Below, piece by piece: positions 10,192 to 19,654 of a stretch of 64,000 bases of DNA (the first letter of the stretch is position 1; every line of letters begins with the position of its first letter). Origin of the DNA: Thermococcus sp. JdFR-02 (GTDB lineage Archaea; Methanobacteriota_B; Thermococci; Thermococcales; Thermococcaceae); contig MTLP01000042.1 of NCBI GenBank assembly GCA_002009975.1, positions 1-64,000 of the forward strand, in the 5' to 3' direction. Position numbers and translations under genes: made by a program. The notes beneath the pieces are model-generated. The model was not told the DNA's origin. It was given only the letters and a program-made list of their open reading frames with translations, and ran no database searches.

Positions 10192-10779
10192 TTAATCACC
10201 ATCAGTGATACCATTCTTGGGATATAAATATTTTGAGTTCAGCTTTTCAAATTCCTTGAACTCATCGAGCAAAAGGTTAGTGGAGTTGTAATCTTCAAAC
10301 ACCTCATAAAACTCTTTAAAGAGCGATAGAAGTTCACGATAAATGGTGGAATCTGGATGCAAACTTAAAAGCTTCAAGGCTTTTCTGAAGAGATATATTG
10401 TTCTGCTTCCGCTTTCATCACTATTAACTTCGTATTTAAGTTCTTTTAAGAGTATTTTTAACCCAAATTCTGGATTTTTAGAAGAATACCCCTCTACAAT
10501 GGCTTGAGGGTCTATCTCCACTAATGGATTCTCGGTTTCAATGTAAAAACCTCTCTGATAAGCTGTTAGAGCAGCATAGCTGTGCTTACAATCTCTTCCC
10601 AAAGGACAACTGCACTTATTTTCCTCAGTTTTCAGATTAACTTCAACATAGTAAGGATAAACTCCCAGTACCTTTGAAAAAAGCATTTCTCTATACTTAA
10701 CTACCCATAAGACCTTGCCTTTCTTAAAATACATCTCTCCCTTCTTTATAGTTTGAGTGTCAAAGGCCATTTTAACCAC
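10192..10779 (-). CDS. SWIM zinc finger protein
   Basis: CSCPLGRDCKH (CxC-xn-CxH) motif. Confidence 0.85.
   Translation of the reverse strand: MVKMAFDTQTIKKGEMYFKKGKVLWVVKYREMLFSKVLGVYPYYVEVNLKTEENKCSCPLGRDCKHSYAALTAYQRGFYIETENPLVEIDPQAIVEGYSSKNPEFGLKILLKELKYEVNSDESGSRTIYLFRKALKLLSLHPDSTIYRELLSLFKEFYEVFEDYNSTNLLLDEFKEFEKLNSKYLYPKNGITDGD
10194..10210. promoter_or_regulatory. Thermococcales glycolytic motif (TGM; Tgr/TrmBL1 site)
   Basis: AATCAC-CATCA-GTGATA matches TATCAC-N5-GTGATA at 11/12. It sits between a minus-strand TATA (~10222-10229) and the GH13 start. Confidence 0.75.
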
Positions 10780-10858
10780 AAAAAATGGTAAAACTTTTAA
10801 AGTTTTTAAGTTTATCCGTCAATGAAAAAACGCTTAAGGAGAGGAAGTTAAAATATTA

Positions 10859-11104
10859 TTGGGTGGTAGTATGGATGTTTTTGAATTAGCTAAAAAATAT
10901 CATCAAGATTTGGGTATCAAAGAGCCAAGCTTTGCAACCTTAGCCGCTGAGATATTTGACGATTTAGGCTTAAAAATCGTTGAACATTTAAAAAATGAAG
11001 GCTATATCTTGAAAGGAACGAGATTCATTGACTACGAAAAAAGTCTGGTCTTGGAGATAATAAAGGAAGATAAAACCTTTGAAATAGCACTAAGAAAATT
11101 GTAA
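10859..11104 (+). CDS. Small conserved hypothetical protein
   Basis: 81-aa ORF with host-like codon usage; ATG preceded by a GGTGG RBS. Confidence 0.7.
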   Translation: MGGSMDVFELAKKYHQDLGIKEPSFATLAAEIFDDLGLKIVEHLKNEGYILKGTRFIDYEKSLVLEIIKEDKTFEIALRKL

Positions 11105-11111
11105 AGGAAAG

Positions 11112-12425
11112 CTAGTAAGTAACTTCATATTCAAAGGTTATTTCTTTCTTTTCTCCAGGTTTTACCGTAACTTTAAATTCCACGTAATTTGCTGTTTCAT
11201 TAACTGGACTTGTTGTAGAGCTTAGAATCTTCCCTCTATACTTGTAGTGCCTTATTATGACTTCTTTCGTCTCTTCACCAAAGTTTTCTATGCTAACCTT
11301 AACCTTATAGTATGAGTATTTTTCAGCATGCTTTTCTTCCAAGACTACAGTTTCTCCTTTTAAGTCAATGTCTTTCCCAATCTTAAGTCTCAATATGTCC
11401 CCTTTTGGAGTATGCTCTATATATTGCTCACCAATCAAGACTGTGCTTTCCTCCATTTCTTTGTAGATTTCAACAATACCTGCTGGAAGAACTTTCTCTG
11501 TTTTCATTGAAATTATTTCGTAAACATCTGTGTTCCCTCCCCAAGGATAGCTTTCATAGAGATATTCGCGTGAGTATTCACCTTCTTGGTAAACGTAGGG
11601 TATTAACTTTTGCTCGAAGGCATTAATATCCATCTGTCCAAGTTTATACAAATAGAACGCTTCTATCTTTTGAGGTTCCATTGGTGGGGCTTTTTGCACA
11701 GTCTTTTCCGCTAAAGCATAAACTTCTCTATAAACTGGATAGGGTTGATAGAACTGAACTTCCCCAGATACTAAGAGAACGTTAATATCTTCCCAGCTCT
11801 TGTTTGTTGGGTTGTCAATTAAAACATAGCCATAAAGTTCAGCATCCTTTCCTAAATAAAGCTTATATCTTGAACTCCACCCGATTGGAGAAATCCTATA
11901 AATTAGCTTAAACTTATATGTCCCATCATTTTGGGCTTTTATCACTGCATAGGCTGAGCTTTTTCCTTCTTCTCCGAGTTTTGCAAGTTTCATATAAGCT
12001 ATCTCGTTTGGCTCTATTAAGTAGTATCCATCTCCTTGAATCGCTATTTTTCCATCTTGATAACCTAAAAACTTGCCGCTGGTAACCTCTCCACTCTTCA
12101 GCTTTATAGTTACGCTTTCATCTATATTTGCCTCAAAGACATTCTTCCCAAGGATATTTTGACTCACGATTCCATAAATCTCTACTCCTTCGCTTAGAGG
12201 CTTTAAAGTTATCTCCGCAATGTTTAATCCTTCAATCTCCTTCAAAGGCACTTCATTTAGACCTTTCTTCAAATCTAGGCTAATTTCTTTTTCAATAACT
12301 CCAATCTTTGCTGAATCATAGAGAACTAAATTTCCTCTCTCGTCTACAGCTTTAGTTTGATGTAGCACTATCATTGCTAAGAGCAAAAAGATTACAAAAA
12401 TTCCAGTTAAAATTCTCTTCCTCAT
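11112..12425 (-). CDS. DUF4139-like exported protein
   Basis: Signal peptide, IGWSSRYKL...NPTNKSWEDINVLLVSG, LPAGIVEIY, and a VKPGEKKEITFEY C-terminus. Confidence 0.75.
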   Translation of the reverse strand: MRKRILTGIFVIFLLLAMIVLHQTKAVDERGNLVLYDSAKIGVIEKEISLDLKKGLNEVPLKEIEGLNIAEITLKPLSEGVEIYGIVSQNILGKNVFEANIDESVTIKLKSGEVTSGKFLGYQDGKIAIQGDGYYLIEPNEIAYMKLAKLGEEGKSSAYAVIKAQNDGTYKFKLIYRISPIGWSSRYKLYLGKDAELYGYVLIDNPTNKSWEDINVLLVSGEVQFYQPYPVYREVYALAEKTVQKAPPMEPQKIEAFYLYKLGQMDINAFEQKLIPYVYQEGEYSREYLYESYPWGGNTDVYEIISMKTEKVLPAGIVEIYKEMEESTVLIGEQYIEHTPKGDILRLKIGKDIDLKGETVVLEEKHAEKYSYYKVKVSIENFGEETKEVIIRHYKYRGKILSSTTSPVNETANYVEFKVTVKPGEKKEITFEYEVTY

Positions 12426-12635
12426 TCTTTATCACCAAAAACAGTTGACTTTCATACTATTTATAGAGACCGACAGCTTCAAGCTGAGTTGAAGTGTTAA
12501 TGATGTGTTCATGTATCCTTTTGTTCTCTTCATCTTTTAGTTACTATTTTTAGTGGTATGCAAAATTTGTAGAAAAAAATTTATAAATTTAACTTTTATA
12601 ATGCGTGATGCAAAAATTACATGGAGGTGGTATAG

Positions 12636-12722
12636 ATGGGGCAGACAAAGCCGGTATATGATATGAGCCTTAAAGTTGGGGGAGGTATAGTTGAGCCATA
12701 CGACAAATGGTGTGCCCAATGA
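12636..12722 (+). CDS. 28-aa peptide MGQTKPVYDMSLKVGGGIVEPYDKWCAQ (putative exported or modified peptide precursor)
   Basis: Strong RBS GGAGGTGG 5 nt before ATG and TTTATAAA at ~12579. Immediately upstream of ABC exporter genes. Confidence 0.6.
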   Translation: MGQTKPVYDMSLKVGGGIVEPYDKWCAQ

Positions 12723-12755
12723 TTTTCTTTTGGGATACTCCTAGGGGTGAGGAGG

Positions 12756-13691
12756 GTGCCAGTATTAGAGATTAGCAACCTAAGCTTTTCTTATGATGGG
12801 AAAAATTATGCATTGGAGGGTATAAACCTAAGCACAGATATACCCAGCGGTATACTCTCAGTTTTGGGCCCTAATGGTGCTGGAAAGACAACCCTAGTTA
12901 ATATACTAACAACCACGTTTAAACCTCAAAAAGGCACAGCCAAAATCTTTAGTCTTGATGTAGTTAAAGATAAAAAGAAGATCAGAGAAATGATATCGTT
13001 ATGTGCTCAAGACTTGGAGCTTGATGTTTTACTTTCTGTTAGGACAAATCTCAAATTCTATGGCATGATACGTGGAATTCCAAAGAATGAACTTGAGAGA
13101 CGCTTAGATGATATTATTGAGATGTTTGGTTTAACTGAGCATCAACATAAAAGAGTGCTTGAATTGTCTGGAGGATTAAGGCGGAGGACGCAGCTGGCTA
13201 GAGCTTTCTTAGATCCAAGAACTCGATTAATATTTATAGACGAGCCAACTTTGGGTTTGGATCCTATTGGGAAAAAGATTACTTGGGATCTCATCCGCGA
13301 AATGAGTAAAGAGGGGTATTATTTCATCCTAACAACTAACGATATGACAGAGGTTGAGAGTTTATCTGATGAGATAGTCTTTATACATAAAGGGAAGATA
13401 ATTCTCCATACGACTCTCAAGGAGTTCAAGCATGTTTATGCAGGTAAAGTCATGGTGACGTTCAAAAAGGAATTATTCCCCCAAGTTATTGAAATGTTAT
13501 CAAATTACCTTAGGCGCAACAACTTAGGAAAAATTATTGGAAAGAATACAGTGGAGCTTGAAGATAAGTCCGCATTCTATGAACTTCTCCTGTTTTTACG
13601 GGAAATTGGTTTCGACATTACTCAAATTGTTGTTAAAGAGGAGACATTGCTTGATGGATTTATAAAGCTCATTGGAGGGATTAAACAATGA
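12756..13691 (+). CDS. ABC exporter ATP-binding subunit
   Basis: Walker A GPNGAGKTT, signature LSGGLRR, Walker B IFIDEPTLGLD. Confidence 0.92.
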   Translation: MPVLEISNLSFSYDGKNYALEGINLSTDIPSGILSVLGPNGAGKTTLVNILTTTFKPQKGTAKIFSLDVVKDKKKIREMISLCAQDLELDVLLSVRTNLKFYGMIRGIPKNELERRLDDIIEMFGLTEHQHKRVLELSGGLRRRTQLARAFLDPRTRLIFIDEPTLGLDPIGKKITWDLIREMSKEGYYFILTTNDMTEVESLSDEIVFIHKGKIILHTTLKEFKHVYAGKVMVTFKKELFPQVIEMLSNYLRRNNLGKIIGKNTVELEDKSAFYELLLFLREIGFDITQIVVKEETLLDGFIKLIGGIKQ

Positions 13692-14437
13692 AGCTGTATG
13701 GATTTATATATAGGGAGGTATCATTAAAGAAAGAGGCAATAGGTGGATTTATATCCCAGTTCATAACTCCACTAATGTATTTTCTGTTTTTTGCATTCTC
13801 ATTATCAAAAACTGTAAATTTTGAATACCATGGAAGGACAATAAATTATCTCCTTTACGTCCTTCCTGGTATTATTGCAATCCAGATATTCTACTCTTAT
13901 CCGGTTGTTAGCTCAACAACATTTAATGATGTAAGATTTGGGATAATAAGGACCTCTCTCCTTGGTGGAGGGACTTTAGGCGGTTACATTCTTGCAAAAA
14001 TTTTGATAGAGAGTAGTGTGGTCATTTTGGCATCTCTATTTTTAGCGTTCATTGGAGTTTTGTTTCTCAATTTACCATTATCTTTAACGACATTGCTTCA
14101 GTTCATAATCTATTTAGTAATCTCGACAATGTTTTGGATAAGCGTGGGTATAGTAACCGGAGTAAAAATACGGGGTGAATTAACAAGAAACATGATATTC
14201 GCTCTTCTTAATCTTCCGATAATCTTTACTGCTCCCGTGTTCTATCTTGAAGGTTCTGCTCCTCCATGGATACAAATATTGGGGAAGATCAATCCTTTAA
14301 CATACCATGTTGTTGGTCTCAGAGGTATCCTGCTACTGGGTAAGGTACCTCTCACTTTTTGGGTTGTCTCTCTAGTTTTGGGAATCAGCTTAGTTATTTT
14401 ATCAATAAAACTAACCTCAGAAGTTGCTCCGAAATGA
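13688..14437 (+). CDS. ABC-2 type permease
   Basis: About 6 TM helices; YVLPGI and INPLTYHVVGLR motifs; ATGA overlap with the ATPase gene. Confidence 0.9.
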   Translation: MKLYGFIYREVSLKKEAIGGFISQFITPLMYFLFFAFSLSKTVNFEYHGRTINYLLYVLPGIIAIQIFYSYPVVSSTTFNDVRFGIIRTSLLGGGTLGGYILAKILIESSVVILASLFLAFIGVLFLNLPLSLTTLLQFIIYLVISTMFWISVGIVTGVKIRGELTRNMIFALLNLPIIFTAPVFYLEGSAPPWIQILGKINPLTYHVVGLRGILLLGKVPLTFWVVSLVLGISLVILSIKLTSEVAPK

Positions 14438-14613
14438 CTTTCTTTTTGTTATTTCTTTATTCCTAACAATATCCTTAACAATTTAATTTGAGATATTATG
14501 TCCAACTTGATTCATTATAATGAACTGGTCCCTCCCTCAGTTCAATGATGGAAAGACTTTTAACATTGTAAACATAGTTGAAACTGCAGTCATGATAATT
14601 AGAGGTGGTTGGT

Positions 14614-15315
14614 ATGAACAGGATTGAAAAGGCAAGACAGATTATCGAAAAAGCAAAACAAGAAGGAAGAAACGCTCTTGTTGAGCCAGAAGCTAAAGAG
14701 ATACTCCAACTATATGGCGTTCCAACTCCAGAATTCAAGGTTGCTACAAATGAGGAAGAGGCAGTTAAATTTGCTCAAGAAATTGGTTATCCCGTTGTTA
14801 TGAAAATCGTTTCTCCAGATATTATTCATAAGAGTGATGCTGGTGGTGTTAAAGTCAACATTAAGAACGACGAAGAGGCAAGAGAGGCATTTAAGACAAT
14901 TATGGAAAATGCTAAGAAGTATAAGCCAGATGCTGATCTTTGGGGTGTAATTGTTTACAAGATGTTGCCTCTTGGAAAGGAAGTTATCGTCGGTATGATT
15001 AGAGATCCACAATTTGGTCCAGCTATTATGTTTGGTCTCGGTGGTATCTTCGTTGAGATTCTCAAGGATGTTAGCTTTAGAGTTGCTCCAATCACAAAGG
15101 AAGAAGCTTTGGACATGATTAAAGAAATCAAAGCCTATCCAATCTTGGCTGGAGCAAGAGGAGAAAAGCCAGTCAACATTGATGCATTGGCTGAATTCAT
15201 TGTTAAAGTTTCACAATTAGCCGTTGAACTACCAGAGATTAAAGAGCTTGATATTAATCCAATCTTTGCTTACGAAGACTCTGCAGTTGCAGTTGATGCA
15301 AGAATGTTACTCTGA
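14614..15315 (+). CDS. acdB: ADP-forming acetate/acyl-CoA ligase beta subunit
   Basis: ATP-grasp motifs GYPVVMKIVSPDIIHKSDAGGV, DPQFGPAIMFGLGG and ELDINP. Confidence 0.92.
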   Translation: MNRIEKARQIIEKAKQEGRNALVEPEAKEILQLYGVPTPEFKVATNEEEAVKFAQEIGYPVVMKIVSPDIIHKSDAGGVKVNIKNDEEAREAFKTIMENAKKYKPDADLWGVIVYKMLPLGKEVIVGMIRDPQFGPAIMFGLGGIFVEILKDVSFRVAPITKEEALDMIKEIKAYPILAGARGEKPVNIDALAEFIVKVSQLAVELPEIKELDINPIFAYEDSAVAVDARMLL

Positions 15316-15692
15316 GGATTTAGGGGAGAATCTTCTCTTTCATGTAACTTTTCTCTATTCTCTTTTACTACTGAGGGAGCAAAGCTCTCCACGACCCCTT
15401 ACATCTTTATCTTCTTTCTATATTTGACTCACTTTGTTCTTTTATCACTAAAAGTGAGATGATAATAGAGGAGGGCAGAAGACCTTTAAAACAGTCAAGA
15501 TGTACAAAAATCTACAAAATAAATAAATTCCTCTTAAAGACTTCTTCTATCCTCTAAATGGATTAGTATATCTCCAACTCCAATTTTAGTAGGCTTAAAA
15601 TATAACCCTTAGCTTAATGATCATGACAGTACTCTCATCAAAATCTTTGTATTCTAGAACAACTTTATAAACTCCCTTTGTTTTTTATTTTT

Positions 15693-15727
15693 AAACACTA
15701 CTAGTGATAAAATAAAAATTATAAAGT
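15693..15727 (+). promoter_or_regulatory. TGM-like site followed by BRE/TATA of the large secreted protein gene
   Basis: AAACAC-TACTA-GTGATA (10/12 TGM match, 15693-15709) directly upstream of AAAAATTTATAAAG. Confidence 0.5.
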
Positions 15728-18700
15728 ATAAGAGTTATATTTTACCTGATTATGTATTTTATGATAATCTGGAGGGATATATATGAAGGGAAAATCAGCC
15801 ATAGTAATAATACTTTTCGTTATGCTTTTAGCACCAATGCTACCACAAGTAACTGCAAAACAGGAACAAATTCAAAACAGAGTTCAAAGAAACGAAAAAA
15901 TAAATCCATTCTTTGCACCCTTTTTAGAGGTATTTAAAAATATGACAGATGAGGAAAAGAAAGCTCTCCTTAACGCACTTGAGTTAATGATTAATGAGAT
16001 GATTAATGGAACAATAGTAGTCTCAGAAAACATGAAAATTATGAACATTACGTGGACTAATGAAGGCTTAAAATTCGAGCTATGGTATTTTAACAGTACT
16101 GATCCAATAAAGATTAGACATTATTTATGGAACAACCCAGAAAAAGCTCTTCATACTATAGAAAGGCTAAAAGCAGATGACAATATTACAGATTCTGAAA
16201 TTAAAGAACTTTCTGAAGACCTGAAGGTTGTTCCTCTATCAATACCCTACAGCGTTGTGATAAAGGACGTTGATTACCTAACAAATGATGGAAATGGCGA
16301 GTATGTAATCCTCTACAATCCGAGTAGCTCCTCAGCAAATATTCCAGGTTGGTACATAATGGATAGCTTTGCCTACAATAACAACGAATGCTGGAACTAT
16401 GATGGAACACCAAAAGATTCATGTAAATATTATGGTAGGGAACACATAATCAAGGTTTACGGTACAATTGTCCCGTTTGGAACATATATTGTAAAAGTTG
16501 CTTCAAGCCCGGAGGATGCTATCCTCAATAATGATGGAGATACTGTGTATTTAGTTGATTCACTGGGAAACGTTATTAGCACATACCATTATTCAGCTTC
16601 TCCTGAGATAACTGTAGAGGATATCCATTACTATCCAAGCAAACCTTCTCCCGGAACTCCAGTGGATTTCACAATAAAGCTCGATAACAGAGGAGCATTG
16701 GGAGGTGCCGGAACCCTTCAGCTTGTTATAGATGGAGAAATACTCAAAAGTGAGAGTGTTTATGTGGAAAAATACTCAATCAAGTATTTCCGCTTCTATG
16801 ATGCATGGACTGCAGAGCCTGGCACCCATGTTGTAGTTGCAAAGTTTATTCCTTCTTATTCAGGAGGGAAAGAGTCAACGGAAATTACTTGGATTTCTGT
16901 ACCCACTGTTAGCATAACCAGTGTAAATTATCCCTCCCCAGTTATTGAAGATAGGGATATTAAATTTGATGTTTTAGTCAATAATCCTGCATCTGAAAAA
17001 GTGGATGTTACCCTAAAACTGTTGGTTGATAATGAACAAAAATGGAGCTTTTCGGGATATGTATTACCTGAGCAAAGCTATCAATTCTATCTAATTTGGA
17101 AGGATCCTACACCTGAAACTCACAATGTCACTATTGAGCTCTGGGAAGATAGTGAACTCAGAGATACATGGAAGAAGACAATCTACGTGAAACCTAACTT
17201 ACCTCCAAAAATAACTAACATAACAATTCCTGAAGAAGCATATTCCGGGTATAGATTTGATGGGACAGTAACGGTGTACGACGAGGAGAGTGATGAGGTA
17301 TATGTCAGAGTCTACGTTAATGATGAGTATAAATTCACAATAGGCCCAATTACCTCTGAAGAAACTGCAAGCTACTATTATTATCCGGTGATAAACAACT
17401 GTACCAAGGAGCTTAGATTCATGTTTGTCCCAGTGGATGAGAGGGGTAACGTTGGGACACCCGAAGAGAGGACTGTCCTTGTTAAACTGGACACTGACTT
17501 TGATGGCTGGTGTGATATTGAAGAAATAGAAAAGTACAAGACAGACCCATATAAATGGGACACTGATGGAGATGGTATAAAAGATTCAAAAGATGTGGAC
17601 CCACTAACAAGGAACTTAACATTAACGGTGTATGTCTTTCGTGCAAGAGTTCTCGATCCAGTTGATGAATGGCTTTCCGCTGATTATCAGAAAGCTGATA
17701 TGACCTTGGAGATTGGAGCTAATCTCGGACATGGTAACATTGTATGGCAGAGTTTTACAATATCAGATAATCAGGATGATGCTGAGAAATCAATAATACT
17801 AACTAACGACACGCTTGTAAATATGGAGCTTCAGCAGATAGCCAAGTTTACAGTTGACATCCCAGAGTACTTTGAGTTTACATGGATTTACTTCAAGCTC
17901 TTTGACAGAGATACTCTGTCGTCTTGGGATATGCTCGATGTATCTCCAGAAAGCGGGACAGATGAGGAAGGCAAGATGGCTAAAGTTATGTTCTCTGTAA
18001 AGAGTGGTACGTGGGGCTTCCACGATTATCCAAATGATCACAAAGTTTACTTTGGCTATGGTCATCTGAGCGGTTGCGGTGATGGCTCCTGTGGTGATTT
18101 AGACTCAAGCACTGACATTGAACCATTCGTCAAGTACTACGATGAGCTTGAAGCCATGGGTTATGATTTAAGCATTGTTAACATCACAGATGCTAAAGGG
18201 TAGGATGGGATTGAGAGTGTAGAGGTCAAAGATTATCAAAAAGGGAAGCTTTATCAGTATTCCAAGCCTGAAGAGGCAGTTCTATTCACCCTAGCCTTGC
18301 CAAACGGGACTGAGAGGAAGGTCTTAATAATCAATAAGAGAAACGCCAAAGTTCAGGTGCAGAACCTTCCAAGTGAAGACGTTAAACTATTGTCCACGGA
18401 TAGTGAAGCGAGTAATGGAAATATTACAGTTAAACAAAATGCAACAGTAGGAAAACGGATAAGATATGAAGCAGTCTTTATCTTCAGAGAACAGAATGAG
18501 AATGTAAAGGAGCAAGAAGTCCAAGCTTTAAGCAACAGTGAAACTGAGAACACGTCTACTGCGTTGACTTTTGATGCCTTAGGGACCTCAGAAGATGGTG
18601 ATGAAGATGACGCCGAGATATGGTTCATCATCAAGCTGAACGATGCTGATGGGGATGGAATACCATTCTACAAAGAGTTAGAGCTTAACAAAGAGCTTGA

Positions 18701-18783
18701 GAAGAGAGGCTACAGTAGAAGATTTGACCCGCGTAAGAACGATGCCTACGGCGACTATGACGGCGATGGAGTTCCTAATAGCG

Positions 18784-18808
18784 TGGAGCTGTTTATTGGG
18801 AAGGATCC
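18784..18808 (+). repeat. 25-nt exact direct repeat, copy 1 (copy 2 at 21068-21092)
   Basis: TGGAGCTGTTTATTGGGAAGGATCC at both positions. Confidence 0.9.
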
Positions 18809-19610
18809 GGCGAAGAGGGATATACTAGGGATAGAACTAAATATTTCAGTAGAGTGGACTATGAGCGAAGATGACAAGAAAAACTTGATCTACAGCATCA
18901 GGAAGGCCAGTGACTTCATCTACGACTACACGGACGGCTACGCCATGATAACGAAGATAAACGTGTGGGATGGGAAGAGAAATATCAAACGGGCAGATGT
19001 CTGGGTGAATGAAACGTTCCTAGAAGTCAAATTCATAGGGGACAATAAAAAGTGGCCTCAAGCAACGATTGGTGGCTACTGGACTGGAGGGAAACTCGTA
19101 ATGCCTTATAGGTTCTTACGGCCTACTCCTCCCGTTGGGATTGCAGAGCTGGGGGATGTGCAGTGGGCCCGGGCCCTCGGTCATGAGCTCGGTCACTATG
19201 TCTTCTGGCTCGGGGACGAGTATGAAGACTGGAAAGGAAGAACGTACTACTGGAATTATGGGCTAGATGGTCCCGATGTTGATACCCATGCTCCACACTC
19301 AGTCATGCATCACGAGTGGAAGTGGAGCGAGTTGAGCACCCCGAGAGATTACGAAAACTTCAAACAGTACTTAACAAATAAATACGGTGACTGGAAGCCA
19401 TACATCACGGACCAATGGGGTAACGTAACAAAGAACCCTATGACTGACTATCCAATTTGGCACTGCTCGGCATGGGAAGCACTGTTTAAGTCCTTAACGG
19501 GCCATGGCAGGCCTGAATGGACCAAAGGACCATATACCAACATTTGCATGGATTTGAATTTTGATGGAACATGTGACAGAACATTTCCACAAGAGTATAT
19601 CCCCAAAACT

Positions 19611-19634
19611 GGCCCGTACACTGGTGTCGGCTAC
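19611..19634 (+). repeat. Degenerate 24-nt repeat encoding GPY(T/I)G(V/I)G(Y/Q); other copies at 21973-21996, 24128-24151 and 25808-25831
   Basis: GGCCCGTACACTGGTGTCGGCTAC / GGCCCATACACAGGCGTCGGATAT / GGCCCATACATAGGAGTCGGCCAA / GGCCCATACACAGGAATCGGCTAC. Confidence 0.88.
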
Positions 19635-19654
19635 TTCATGGGGGTGAACCTAAA

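Noticed and set aside
14496-14560. Possible C/D sRNA or element end (palindrome TTCATTATAATGAA, hairpin GAACTG...CAGTTC)
   Set aside because: Boxes are not in C-D'-C'-D order and no matching repeat was found at the other side of the ABC locus.
18201-18203. Pyrrolysine recoding of the in-frame TAG
   Set aside because: Thermococcales are not known to encode the pyl system, none is in the window, and TAG is an ordinary stop in several genes here.
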